Shown here: positions 41,561-53,563 of the stretch, one piece after another | Layout of the letters: each line of letters starts with the position of its first letter | How positions within the stretch are numbered: position 1 is the stretch's first letter | Assembly (NCBI GenBank): GCA_000004985.1 | Contig: GG738855.1 | Length of the DNA: 64,000 bases | Strand: one strand, 5' to 3' | DNA from: Naegleria gruberi | Lineage: Eukaryota | Position numbers and translations under genes: made by a program | Notes under the pieces: model-generated | The model's input: only the letters and a program-made list of their open reading frames with translations | Told to the model about the DNA's origin: nothing | The model's database searches: none

Positions 41561-42226
41561 ATGGAAAACACTCTGCAACCCAATTCCACCAATTCATTGG
41601 ATTTTAAAGTATTAAATAATAATGTGAAAGAGAGGAATAATTTATCAATTATTATACAAAGAATTATTAATTGGATATTATCTGTTTTAAAGGGAATTTT
41701 TAAATCGAATACTAGTAATAATACAAATAATAACATGTTCAAATCTCCTATTAGTAATAGTGGTGATGATGATAGTAATAATACTGCATCATCATCATTT
41801 GAATGTTCACAATTATCTATCTATTCCGATTTATTTAACCAACAAGTAAATATCGATGATAATCATCAAATACAATCCATCAAACCTAATCATATCAATC
41901 ACGATGATAAACCACAATTAATGAATCAAATAGATATTCAATTTAATAAGTGTATTTCTGGTACTGCTCTTCCATCCATGAATTCATCTAAATATGAAGC
42001 AATGAGAATTAAAAAACACTTTACCACCTCTACTAATTTACTTATCAAGGAATTTGATAAACCACACTTTGTAGGAAGTTTTTCCAACTCGACTGAATTG
42101 AAAACTATTAGAAAATCACCACTCTCTTTTATACCATTCCTCTCTGATTTATTTACTAGAAATGAATACATGATTGTTAAATCGGCAATTCTTGTATTTA
42201 TCACTGCAAGTTTAAAGAATGATTAA
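41561..42226 (+). CDS. Hypothetical protein, 221 aa (ORF begins 8 nt after the kinesin stop)
   Basis: ATG ORF, N/S-rich, no domain recognised. The tight spacing to the upstream gene makes independent gene status uncertain. Confidence 0.35.
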   Translation: MENTLQPNSTNSLDFKVLNNNVKERNNLSIIIQRIINWILSVLKGIFKSNTSNNTNNNMFKSPISNSGDDDSNNTASSSFECSQLSIYSDLFNQQVNIDDNHQIQSIKPNHINHDDKPQLMNQIDIQFNKCISGTALPSMNSSKYEAMRIKKHFTTSTNLLIKEFDKPHFVGSFSNSTELKTIRKSPLSFIPFLSDLFTRNEYMIVKSAILVFITASLKND

Positions 42227-42816
42227 TTATATAATCTAATGAAATGTTGTAATATATTTGAATATTGTGATAATTGACCTTTTTAAAAGAATACAAGGCC
42301 TTAACGAATGAGTTCAATCATCCAAATTATCAGAAACTCTTCACTAAGGAGAATATTAAGAAATTAGCCCAAAAAGTTAGGATGATATAAAATTGAAAAT
42401 CTTACCTCACACTGGTGAGATGCATTTGTAGTTTGCAAATTTTTCACAGGCTGTGGCTAAACCAATGCACGATAAAACCAGCAGTTTCTTCCTCTTATGA
42501 TTACAAGTACAATATGAAATCCGTTATGGTGTGAATCCTTATATTGCTGCATTACTAGTTCAATAATTGGTGGGCGATTTTTAAACACAACAACAATAAA
42601 TTTGTTAGGTTTTTTGAATTTTTGCTTTGTCTTGAAATGAGCTTGTTGAAGTAAATTCATTAAATATTATTGTAAACTGTTGATAAGATCACTAGTCGTT
42701 GGTGAAATTAAAAAAGTCTAAAAACCATTCACTGAAAATGTTGCGCCAGATGTGATGGAGTTATTGATTACTAGACAAGTGACATTTTTAAAAAAAATCA
42801 TCATCATTATCTCTCA

Positions 42817-44253
42817 ATGCTAAATCCCAACCAAACGATTGGAAGAAGAACACCCTCCATCATCACACCCTCTGCATCATTTCAAGATATATCAGAGTTA
42901 CGGAATCAAGAAGAAGAACATGATTTTGAAATTTTGACAACTAGCAATGCAAATTCATCAAATCAAAAATTACATTTTAAAATTATTGTATTAGGAGATT
43001 GTGAATGCGGAAAAACGAATTTAATTAATCGATATATATCAAATTCATATGAAAGAAAGCATGTGCCAACTGTCATTGAATCTTATTCGACAAATGTCAG
43101 CAGTAATGGACAAGATTTTCATATAGAATTGTGGGAATTGAGTAGTTTAAAGAATTATGATGAACTGAGACCGCTTTCTTATTCAAATGTTGATTTATTT
43201 TTTCTATGTTTTGACATTTCAAAACCTTCAACTTTACAATCAATTAAAAAGAAATGGATTCCAGAAATTCAGAAATATTCACCAGATGCTTCATTTTTAA
43301 TTGTTGGATGTAAATCTGATCTAAGAAGAAAATATAGACTTTCCCTAAATGCAAATAGTTTAGAACAAATGAAAGAATTGGACGAATTGACTAGTAGCGA
43401 TGTAGGATCTGAATTTTCACCTTCTAGTTCTAGAACTAGTTCAAATGCTAATTCTAGAAGTAATTTTAGTTCACCAATGCAATCTCCTATTCGTGATTCA
43501 AGTCATTATCACCAACCGTTGGGATATTCAGCAAGTAGTGGTGGTGGATTTGCTCATCACGATCCACGTAGAGATTCTCATATTAGTATAAGTAGTAGTT
43601 TGAGTTCGACGAGTAGTAATAGTCAAACAAAATCTACTAGTAGTTCATCATTTAAATTTAAGAGAAATATTGGGAGTGTTCTATTGAGTGCTATTGGAAA
43701 GAGTGGTTCGAAACAACAACTCACCGACGCACAATCATCACCAATAAGTGATACTTTTGAATCTGCTTCACCACAACAACAGTCAACTATGAATACAAGT
43801 CAGAATAGTGGTGCTAGTAGTTCTACATCATTTGTTTTGGAAATTTCAGATATTGAACTAACAGTTCCACAAAATTCTCCAAAAACTGCTAGGTCTAGAG
43901 GTAAATCAACAACTGCACGATCCAGGTCAATGCCAACCAATGATTGGAAGGACTATATTGATTCTAGAAAATCAGTAGCAACTCCTAGCACTCCAATTGA
44001 TGAAAATTCATTTAAAACACCAAGAGAAACATTCATGGAACAAGATTGTGATAATTCACCACGAGATAATTCAATCGCTGAAAATTGTGTAACATTTGTA
44101 GAAGCTAGGAGATTTGCAACCAAGGTTGGTGCTTGTTGCTATATTGAATGCAGTGCCAAAACCACTCTAGATTTCAAGTCAGTTATCAATGATGGTTTTA
44201 CTCAATTCTTGGAAAATAGAACAAAACGAAAGAAATCTTGCTTAATAATGTAA
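42817..44253 (+). CDS. Atypical Rho-family small GTPase, 478 aa, with degenerate catalytic motifs, a long Ser-rich C-terminal extension and a C-terminal CAAX box (CLIM)
   Basis: Rho-like core KIIVLGDCECGKTNLINRY, PTVIESY, ELRPLSYSNVDLFFLCFDIS, KKKWIPEIQ, LIVGCKSDL. The G3 motif is ELWELSSLKNY instead of LWDTAGQE (no catalytic Gln), and G4 is VGCKSD. Ends ...KKSCLIM*. Confidence 0.75.
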   Translation: MLNPNQTIGRRTPSIITPSASFQDISELRNQEEEHDFEILTTSNANSSNQKLHFKIIVLGDCECGKTNLINRYISNSYERKHVPTVIESYSTNVSSNGQDFHIELWELSSLKNYDELRPLSYSNVDLFFLCFDISKPSTLQSIKKKWIPEIQKYSPDASFLIVGCKSDLRRKYRLSLNANSLEQMKELDELTSSDVGSEFSPSSSRTSSNANSRSNFSSPMQSPIRDSSHYHQPLGYSASSGGGFAHHDPRRDSHISISSSLSSTSSNSQTKSTSSSSFKFKRNIGSVLLSAIGKSGSKQQLTDAQSSPISDTFESASPQQQSTMNTSQNSGASSSTSFVLEISDIELTVPQNSPKTARSRGKSTTARSRSMPTNDWKDYIDSRKSVATPSTPIDENSFKTPRETFMEQDCDNSPRDNSIAENCVTFVEARRFATKVGACCYIECSAKTTLDFKSVINDGFTQFLENRTKRKKSCLIM

Positions 44254-44337
44254 ATATAATCTTGCTTATTATGTTCAAATATTGCTTAATAATGTAAATA
44301 TAAAATAATCTTAATAGATTTCTTAGATTTTTATAAA

Positions 44338-46005
44338 TTATTTCATACTTTTTAATAGTTCATGAATGGAAGGAAGAGCAGATACTTGATTAGTTGATGG
44401 TGATGATTGATTCAGTGGGGAAGGTGGTGGTTGCATTCGCATCATCATGTTTGCTGAAGAAGTTGTGTTGGTTGGTGATTGTCTATTATTGTGAGATAAA
44501 GGAGTTGAATCACTAGAACTACTTCTTGAATAATTCTCCAAAGATGAGAAGGAAGTTGTAGAATAAATATTATTACTACCTGAATGAGCTAGTTGCATAG
44601 ATTGGTCAGCTGCACGTGGAATTTGGAATTGACCATTATTAACAGTTTGAATGTATGGATTGGATTTAAGTGAGGCAGGTGAGGATGAATTGAGTAGTGG
44701 TTGAGCTGGTGGTGTTGAAACATAACTAGATTGTGGTGAAACTTCACTACAATTCTGAGAGGAATAAGATGAAGATAAAAGAGATGAATCAACTCTTTTA
44801 ACTCTTTTAGCATTGTCAATATTGCTTTCATGTTCTCGTTTTCTATTAATCTTAGTATCACCAGCACTGGCATCATCAGAATTAGATTCCTCCTCTTCAA
44901 TGTCACTTCCACTCGATTTTTGAAGTAAATTTCTATCCATTGATAAATTTGCTGAACCAGATGGTCGCTTGATATTTTCAATTTCCGTATCAACTTTTTC
45001 CAATTGAGTTGTAAACTTTTTCTGAGATAGTGGGTTTGATGAATTGTTTTTCATATTTTCCAGAATCTTATCCCTCTTCATGTACAAACTCTTTAATTTT
45101 CTGTACGGCCATCTGTTGATAATTTAATAAACAACAATATAGTGTGAATTAAATAATTGATAGAATTAATTATTGTCATTATTCGAAATTAATACTAACC
45201 TTGGAATATTGAAATGTCTACATAATTTCTTCATTGATGTACTACTAATTCCGATTGCTTCACATGCTTGTTCTAATTTCCAATCAAAGTAAATAGCCAA
45301 TTCTTTAAATTTAATTGTTGTCATGGTAATGTGAGCTTGATGACCATTTGTTCTTTTAGCATTCGATGATGTTGCTTCATTATTCGATGAAACTGGACTA
45401 GATTTTCCACTAGGTGTTGAAGAAGGCACATTAAATGTTGATGATTGTGGTCTTTCACTTGGAGAGCTATTTCCATGCAATGATTGTGATGCAACAACAT
45501 GTTGTTGTGGTTGTGAGAAAGAATTAGATGGACTGGTCAAATTGGATGTTGGTACAGGAGTTGGAAGTGTGGCAAAGGGTCTATTAGATGGGGGTGATGT
45601 TGGAGAGGAATTATACATGTGATTGTTATTCAATGCATGGTTTCTTGTTGAATGCATGTGATGATTGAATACTTGCTGTTGGGCACTAGGATGCACATCA
45701 TAGTTATTGTACTCGTGATGATAATGATATTCGTTATTTACATGTTGTTGCTGCTGTCTGTCCAATCTGTTGGATGATCCAGTCACGGAGGATGACTTTT
45801 CGAAAAATTGAGCTGGTTGTCTGTGGTCGAAGGACATGGAAGAATTATTGGCCATTGTGTGGTGGTGGTCATACTGTTGGCCATGTGGTGGAGATAAAGA
45901 ATACATGTGACCGTGGTCTGGAGCATGGTGATGATGTGAATTCATTCCATACCCAGATTGATGAGAATGATGATGAGGAGGTTGAATTCTCTGATACGAC
46001 ATCAT
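44338..46005 (-). CDS. RWP-RK domain transcription factor. Two exons: 45200..46005 (first ATG; possibly extends upstream) and 44338..45112; intron 45113..45199
   Basis: The RWP-RK domain spans the intron: ...ITMTTIKFKELAIYFDWKLEQACEAIGISSTSMKKLCRHFNIPR|WPYRKLKSLYMKRDK. Donor CCAAG|GTTAGT, acceptor CAACAG|A. The rest is H/Q/S/N-rich low complexity. The upstream ORF 46073..46459 is in another frame (see finding). Confidence 0.75.
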
Positions 46006-47704
46006 ATTGTTATTATCTGCACTACTAATACTTGTCAACTGTGAAGGTGATGGTAGTGAGTCGAAGGTTTCTCTAAGGGGAGGCAGACTTTCTCTGATAG
46101 AAGCTACTGCTACTGTTGGTATTGGCACTGGTAGTAGGTGGTGGTGGTTGTGATGTTGTTATATTGTCTTGGTGTGCTATAACAATTGATAAAGTTGATG
46201 ATCTTCTTAATGATTCCAAGTTATCATAAGCTTGTTCTTTTTTCTTCATAAAGTTTTCATGAGGTTGGTGTTCTGTGCTTTCTATTTGTTGGTTGTGCGT
46301 TGTGTTCGCCGACAATAATCCCTCTGCTGATGTTGTTATTAAGGCAGCGGCTTGTGTTGTTGTTGTTGGTGAATTTTGCTCACTCACAGTGTTAGGAGTT
46401 GTCTTATTAGGATCGGTTGAGGGAAAAGATTTACTTATTGTTGGTACCTCAACGCTCATGTTGCAAATTTGGAACTATTAAGAGAACGTTACAGCTGAGA
46501 TATGAAGGGATCAAACTGAAGTCAAATGAAGTCAAAGGAAGCCAGTGAAGAATGAATAAGGAAACTTGTGAAGAAGAATGAAGAGAGTGGAAATCAAACA
46601 GTACAGTCTAACTATTTTGTAGAAATGGTATGCTTTGAATTGCGAACCAAGCGAAAGTGATGTAATACAATGATTTTTTACAAATACTTTTTCTAGTAGA
46701 AGAAGAATGACGAGATTTAACTCTCAAGATAGTTTGTGTGTTCTGTTGGTTGGTGGGGAATGGTGTGTTCCTTGTTGGAATTAATTTGCTGACAGAAACA
46801 CACTGTTATGGAAGTTTAGACAATTTCTTTGAACGAATCGTTTGAGTTACAACAAGTTATTGTTGCGAGTGCCAACAACATTCTCCTCAAGGAGAAACCA
46901 ACCTCTACTCCTCCAAACAATGCAAAGTTTGCATCTCTCAAGTTTGATTTTGTTGTGTTGGTTGGATATGAGAACAAGGCGAAAAACCTTCCATCTTGCG
47001 ATAGTGTGAAACATCGAAACCTTGAAAAATTCAAAATAAAGAAAGAGTAATCCTTATTGCAAGAATTGATTGTTCTCTTAAAAAGTGCCCTTATTCTATA
47101 AAGGCAGTGACTTGGATATAATAGATAATTGATCAGGTAACAATTTTATTCCTGTAGCGAAATTGACTTCGCTCATGTCCTCAAACCTGTCAAAATTTTG
47201 ACAAAACATTTTTTGGTGGAGTTATTGAAATCCAAGGACGTTTCAACAATGGTATGCAAGACAAGTTGCTTTCCAAGTGGTCTTGCTTTGTTTGTGCACT
47301 ATGTACGAGATCTCATCAACTTCAATTATAAGATATATTGAAAATTCGATTGATGTATTTGATGTTCACAACAAACGTTGATATCAAACGATGATGACGA
47401 ATTACTTGCCAAATTGAAAGAAAATTAAATTACCAGTCTGGATGCATATTGTCTATTGTTCAATGCAACTTAAATGATTTCAGTATGAGATTACAATAGC
47501 TATGAAGGTGAACTTGGACAAATTGGTTTCTATTTTCTAGATTTTAATTATGTAAATTGTCTTTTACAAAAATGATAGATATGAACATTTGCTGTAGTTG
47601 AGGTTCATGCAAAACATCTCTAGAACAGCAAATTGTATTACAAAATTAACTATTAAATAATTAACATTAAATAGTTAATATTAAAAGTGCAATAATTTAA
47701 AAAA

Positions 47705-48584
47705 ATGAGTAGTTCATCATCAACAACCACAGACAAGAAACTCTTGGAAAAACAATTGAGAAGTGCCTGCGAATATGATGAAAAAGAAAAGGCTTCAAAC
47801 CTAATTTCGGAACAAGGAGTGGATGTAAATACTTTTGATGAAAGAGTAGGTTTTTTATCATCACCAACAGCATCATCACGTTCTACGAATTTATTCATCC
47901 GATAAGAGTGGAGTAGGTTTTCGGAAGAATTGTGATGTTGAACATTTATAATACTGAATTAAAAATTGATTTTAAATTGAATTGATAAGATGGTGAGTGT
48001 TTGGATTTTTGGAAATTGAATTAATAATTGGAAAATTGTCAAAATTAATTGAATGAATATTAGACACCGTTGATTAATGCTGCTCAATGGGGTAATTTGG
48101 CTATTGTACAAATGTTAATTGAGGAATATCAAGCAAATATTAATCATCAATCAAAGGTATGTAATTGTTTACTGACATTGCATTTTCGAATAATAATTAT
48201 CATAATATTCATTAATAATATTATAATTTCGCAATGTAAAGATTGGAGTAAGTGTTACATTCACACACAATTGGAAAGTTAATTTACTATAAATTAGGAG
48301 GTTTGTAAATGATTTATTGTACAATAATTTGTTACCTCTTCAAAAACTTGTGAAAACCTTCAACAGACAGCTCTTCATTGGGCCAGTTACAATGGACATT
48401 TCGAAGTAGTCAAGTATTTGTTATCTAAGGGAGCTGACAAAAATATCAAGAATAATGTAAGTTTGTTTTTTGAATCGAGAAACATATTCACTTACCCAAA
48501 TAGGCAGGACAAACTCCAGAAGAAATGGCAAGAGATAGAGGTGTTAAAGTACATGTATGCGATTACTTGCGTGATTTTGAATAA
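47705..48584 (+). CDS. MTPN: Myotrophin-like small ankyrin-repeat protein, about 127 aa. Four exons: 47705..47845, 48064..48156, 48367..48456, 48504..48584
   Basis: Donors GTAGGT, GTATGT and GTAAGT follow phase-0 exon ends. The assembled protein ...NTFDER|TPLINAAQWGNLAIVQMLIEEYQANINHQSK|TALHWASYNGHFEVVKYLLSKGADKNIKNN|AGQTPEEMA... has three ankyrin repeats. LLSKGADK matches the same residues in myotrophin. Confidence 0.75.
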
Positions 48585-48925
48585 AGAAACTATTAGATTG
48601 AAATCGGATACGAACTTCTATCATAAGCCAAGAAGGATTTGACTTTTTCATAACTTTAGGATATGGCACCTGTCCATATCTTGTGAGTCGATCAATAGAA
48701 TCTACTCTATTGATTGACCTATTCAATATCACCAACTTCAGAGATTAAAATTGATTGTGCATTTGTTAGAAAGGACCCTCTTCGTTCTCTAGAGTTAAAT
48801 AGTTAAATCTGTACTACATTGTGCATTTCTTGCTTTATCTTCAAGAACATGTTCTTAATTTCTTGTCTAAATACTTTCTAACAAACTTATTTTACAATAC
48901 TTTGTACTTACCAAAACCTTAAAAA

Positions 48926-49504
48926 ATGAAGATACAAGTGGGAAGTGCATTAACAGCAGAAATTGTTTTGATGAAAAATTGTTCATTTATTGCCAAGTTG
49001 ATCGAATTACAAAAGAGTTCATGCTCTTTGTCGTGTATCAATCCAACAAGAATACCAAGCCTATTTGTTCTTGAATCTAGGCTTCATCATGTTTTACTCT
49101 CCAAATCCGAGAGCAAGGATAGTTGGGGTGAAGATGATCAATCTATTGTTGGATGGAAAACTCAAAATGTTCATACAGAATTAATTTACAAATTAAATCC
49201 AAAGAGAAATATTGGACAAGCTTATAGAAATTTTGGTGCAAGTGTGTCGGATGGAAATCATGTCTTGTGTGTTTGTTGTGATGGTGTGATGAGCATTGAA
49301 GAGTATGTGAAGAGTAATTTTAATCAGGATGAAATGAAGGATACGGAATTTATTTCAGATGAGAAACAGATTGAAGATTATTTGCAAAACAATCTTGACA
49401 CTCAGACAATTACCAAATTATTCAATTTTTCAAAGGAAGAAATTGCTAAATATTCTATAGAATTGAATATGGTTGCCTACTTGGCCATTAGAGATTTTAA
49501 CTAG
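48926..49504 (+). CDS. Hypothetical protein, 192 aa
   Basis: ATG ORF with the local codon usage; no recognisable domain. Confidence 0.45.
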   Translation: MKIQVGSALTAEIVLMKNCSFIAKLIELQKSSCSLSCINPTRIPSLFVLESRLHHVLLSKSESKDSWGEDDQSIVGWKTQNVHTELIYKLNPKRNIGQAYRNFGASVSDGNHVLCVCCDGVMSIEEYVKSNFNQDEMKDTEFISDEKQIEDYLQNNLDTQTITKLFNFSKEEIAKYSIELNMVAYLAIRDFN

Positions 49505-49520
49505 TGATTATGAGAAAGAT

Positions 49521-49934
49521 TTATCCAACATTATTCTCTGTGGGAAGTGGTACTGTTTGATTGGTCTTTTCACTCAACATTTCAATGTTCAAATCATCAA
49601 TATTAATCCCAAGATTGGGATGTCTTGGAATCAGAACTTTTTGTGACATGGCTTTCCCAGTTTTTGGATGATATGCTATTACCTCCACACTTTTCATAAA
49701 TTCGTCAACATCTGTAATTTTAACATCATACTCAAACTTAGTGCTTGGATAGGTTTCCTTATCATTCTCAATCATGAATGCAATGACTTCCTCATGACTC
49801 ATACTTTTTTCTTGAAAAAGTTCTGTACTGAACGGATTTGATGTTTCACATTCTTTTCTAATAATTGATTTTATAATACCAATCATTCTATTGAAAATTA
49901 TTAAATCCATTTCAATATCCTCAATTTGTAACAT
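49521..49934 (-). CDS. Hypothetical small protein, 137 aa
   Basis: ATG ORF; no confident family assignment. Confidence 0.4.
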   Translation of the reverse strand: MLQIEDIEMDLIIFNRMIGIIKSIIRKECETSNPFSTELFQEKSMSHEEVIAFMIENDKETYPSTKFEYDVKITDVDEFMKSVEVIAYHPKTGKAMSQKVLIPRHPNLGINIDDLNIEMLSEKTNQTVPLPTENNVG

Positions 49935-49968
49935 GATACTCTTTTTGAATTTACTATCTATTCAAATA

Positions 49969-50418
49969 TTATTTGATGATACATCCAAAATAATACATAC
50001 AAACAACTGAAAATGAAGACATCATGGCTGTTGCAATTAATGGTTCAATTAAATATAGATAATGTCTCTTTTCCACATTCAATACTCGTTTTCCATTCTT
50101 TAATTGAGAAATAAATTTCATTAATTTATCAAAATTCAAAATTAAATTTTCCCTCCTCACTGATTTAATAATCATCAAGAATGATAATATGATAATTGAA
50201 ATCCAAATTGATCTGTAAAATTCCATTAAAATCTTCAATTTAAACATGTTATTATCCAATTCCGAAATTCTATCATGATTCGATTGCATCCTTTTCCTCC
50301 GAAATGATGATGGAACCAAATGTTGAATTAATCTTTCCAATCTATCCTTTCCTCGTTGTTGATGCTGTTCTTTTGTTTGCTGTTCTTCTTTATTTGTTGC
50401 AATTATTACTTCTTTCAT
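49969..50418 (-). CDS. Hypothetical small membrane protein, 149 aa, one or two TM segments
   Basis: ATG ORF; hydrophobic stretches IWISIIILSFLMII and LIATAMMSSFSVVCMYYFGCII. Confidence 0.4.
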   Translation of the reverse strand: MKEVIIATNKEEQQTKEQHQQRGKDRLERLIQHLVPSSFRRKRMQSNHDRISELDNNMFKLKILMEFYRSIWISIIILSFLMIIKSVRRENLILNFDKLMKFISQLKNGKRVLNVEKRHYLYLIEPLIATAMMSSFSVVCMYYFGCIIK

Positions 50419-50863
50419 TTTTTAGTAATTTAATTTTAAATTACCTTATCAGATTTAATCTTCAAATAGGAATTAATTTCGAATAATTTTTCTGCAGAAT
50501 CACAAAGAATCTTTTTCATAAACCGACACTTTAACATTGAACGATTTCCATGCCTACCCTAAAAATCCCTCAAGAATAAATAAATGGGAGAAATTCGTCA
50601 TCCATTGAACCTACACAAACATCATCATTTGAAAATACACTCATCGTTACTCATCCTAATAATCAGCATCAGCATAGGCTTGGGTATCTTTTTGGTCTTT
50701 ATGAATCTAAAATGTATAAACATGAAAACCTCTAAAAAACAATCAAAAAAAAAATCACCACACCCACCATACAACGAGATCTTTACCTTGTTGTTTTTTG
50801 ATAAATTGTGATACATTTTCATTATAGAAAGATTGCGAGAGAGAACAATCATCGGAATTCAAC

Positions 50864-52670
50864 ATGTCTGCCTCCCACTCTGATACCACCTTATTGTCTG
50901 TTCATACTGAAGGAGAAATGAGAAGACCTTCTCAACACTGGCTTTCTCAAACTACTGAAGTTGAATTTCCAGACAAGTCTATTCATGTTTTCCCATGCCC
51001 TGTAAAGTGTTTTGATATTGCTGTATTGTTGAAGAAACATATGCATATTAAAACAGATATCTATGCTTTGGAAATTAATAATTTAATTACTTCATTGAAT
51101 GAAGTTATTTCCTTTGCCCAAGTAAAGGTTGCTCCAGTTCTTAAAGATAGTGTTGAAGGTCACGCTATCCTCAGACGTAGTTTAGTCTTTTTAGTCGGAT
51201 TGGCAACTCACTTGGAATTCCCAGAACTTTCTTTATCTGTTGAACATTCATTGAGAAGTGGTTATATGATGTAAGTTTTTAATTGTTTATTTATACTAAT
51301 CTCTGAGAAATAGTTGTGTTGATGGAAAAGATGAACTTACTAATGAACAAGTTTCTAAAGTTCAACATAGAATGGAATTATTAGTATCAAAGGATTTACC
51401 AATTTTGACACGTTATGTATCATACGAAATGGCCATGGATTTCTTCCAAAATGTTGTCAAGAGGCCATATACTGCTTCACTTATTTCTGCAAACAATGAT
51501 CCTGCTGTTCCAATTGATTATTGTGACGGAGTTGACCAACAATATTTCGATTTGCATCACAGAACTCTTGTTGCTAGGACAAGCTTTATGAAGAGTACTT
51601 TTACTTTGGAAAAATTCAAGCAAGGATTCAAGCTTTCATTCCCTAATGAACCATATGATTTCGGTCTTGAATTCAATGACGAAACACTTTCTAATGTCTA
51701 TTCCGAATATAATAACTGGGGTAGAATTACAAATACTAGATGTGTTGGTGATTTGAATCAACACGTCAATGATAATACTATCAAATGGTTCATGGCTTTG
51801 AATCATGCTTTGCATGACCAAAAGATTGTTAAAATTGCTTTGGATATTTTCTCTAGAAAGGATAAGGTTAAACTTATCTTGGCTGCTGGCCCAAGTTCAT
51901 CAGGTAAAACTACATTTGCTAAGAAATTGAGTATTCAATTGGAAATTTTGGGTATTAAGCCAGTTACTATCTCAGTTGATGACTATTATAAGCCAAACAA
52001 GGAATGTCCACTTGATGAAAACGGTAATTATGATTTTGAAACCATTGATGCTTTGAGAATTGACTTGTTGAATGACCATCTCGAATCATTGATCAAGGGT
52101 GAAGAAGTCATGTCACCAATTTTCGATTTTAGAAAGGGTGAACCAAAGGCTGTTGGTCGTAAAATTAAATGTTTACCTGGTCAAGTCTTATTGATGGAAG
52201 GTATTCACTGTCTCAATGATAAATTGACTCCAAAGATTCCATCTGAAAACAAGTTCAAGATTTTCCTTGCTCCACTTACTCAATTGAATCTTGACGAAAT
52301 GAACTTTATCAGTAATAATACTACTAGATTGTTGAGAAGAATGGTCAGAGATTTCAACTTTAGAGGTCACTCTGTTACATCAACACTTGATATGTGGCCT
52401 GCTGTTCGTAAGGCTGAACACAAGAATGTTTTCCCATTCATGAAGAATGCAGATGTTGTTTTTAATACTTCACTTGATTACGAATATTCTGTACTCAAAG
52501 TTTATGCCAAGCCTCTTTTGAGTGCTGTCAGTCCACAAAGTCCACATTACAACTCTGCAAGAGAATTGTTGGCATTCTTACGTTATTTCCATGCCATTCC
52601 AGCTGGATCCATTCCTTCTGATTCATTGCTTCGTGAATTCATTGGAGATTCCTTCTTTGATTATGAATAA
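50864..52670 (+). CDS. P-loop kinase of the uridine kinase / phosphoribulokinase (PRK) family with an N-terminal extension domain. Two exons: 50864..51270 and 51314..52670; intron 51271..51313
   Basis: Walker A LILAAGPSSSGKTTFAKKL followed by ISVDDYYK and a PRK/UK-family lid region. Donor AT|GTAAGT in phase 2; the acceptor AAATAG|T restores the frame (...SGYMI-CVDGKDELTNEQVSKVQHRMELLVSKD...). Confidence 0.8.
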
Positions 52671-52951
52671 ATTGTAAATAATTTAAAATTCCTTCTCTTT
52701 CCACAAAAATATTCTGAGTAGTAATTGAATTTCCAAAAAGGCAGGAATAAGGCAACATCCCAAGAAAATCCACCACAAAGTAATTGGATGCCAAGTGTAA
52801 ATAATAAAAAAACAAAATAATAATCCTCCTAATAAATTACAAAAAATCTCAATAACAGAAATTAAATCTTCAAAAAATGTAATACCAGTAAATAATGTAA
52901 CTAATTGTAAAACAACTACAATTAGTGTTAAGGAGCAACATGCTATTATTC

Positions 52952-53182
52952 TTAATTTCCTTCAATAAAATTCCAAGTAACTAAAAAAACATACTGATCC
53001 GACATTGATGAAACATCATTGTTGAATTGTTCTTCTGTGAGGTAAGTTTTAGTTGATGAGTAGATGGCTTTTTCAATGTTCCTATATCGTTCATACAAAA
53101 GCACAATAACGATAATAAAGAAACCTAAGGTAATCAAAAAACGAGCGGGAACAAGAGTATTGGTGTAAATAGTTGTAGTCAT
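52952..53182 (-). CDS. Possible first exon of a small TM protein (76-aa ORF); downstream exons unresolved
   Basis: ATG ORF with a TM helix FLITLGFFIIVIVLLY. A GTATGT lies at the ORF end, and further hydrophobic in-frame coding potential lies 52670-52950 on the minus strand. I could not find a consistent splice. Confidence 0.25.
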   Translation of the reverse strand: MTTTIYTNTLVPARFLITLGFFIIVIVLLYERYRNIEKAIYSSTKTYLTEEQFNNDVSSMSDQYVFLVTWNFIEGN

Positions 53183-53563
53183 TTTTTTGTATTTATTAAT
53201 GACGCAAGTAATTCTAAAAAAGAAGTCAACTCTTCTTTTACATTACAAGTTGTCAAGATAGGTAATTTATTGACAAGAGAGTTAATAAAGTTGTCTAGCA
53301 AAACCTAGACAGTAGCTGAAGATACAGATTGAGTGTATCCTCAAAATAATGAAAAAAATCCAAAACTGTGAGGCAAACAAAAAGCTAAAATTAGAGAAAC
53401 CTAAGTTTGGTATTTCTCTATAACATCATAAGATGCTATAATAATTTCCAACACTGCTACCGATACTAATCTTTGAGTTGGTACATTGACTCGTAGCTAT
53501 TTGAATTTTTTAGCCTGATACCCTCTCACCAACAAATTAAGTGCTCCTCTTTTGAGTGTGAGC

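Noticed and set aside
46816-47050. Pair of overlapping 72-73-aa ORFs on opposite strands in the RWP-RK / myotrophin intergenic region
   Set aside because: No ATG context supported by codon bias and no domain. The region is GC-richer but has no sustained coding periodicity.
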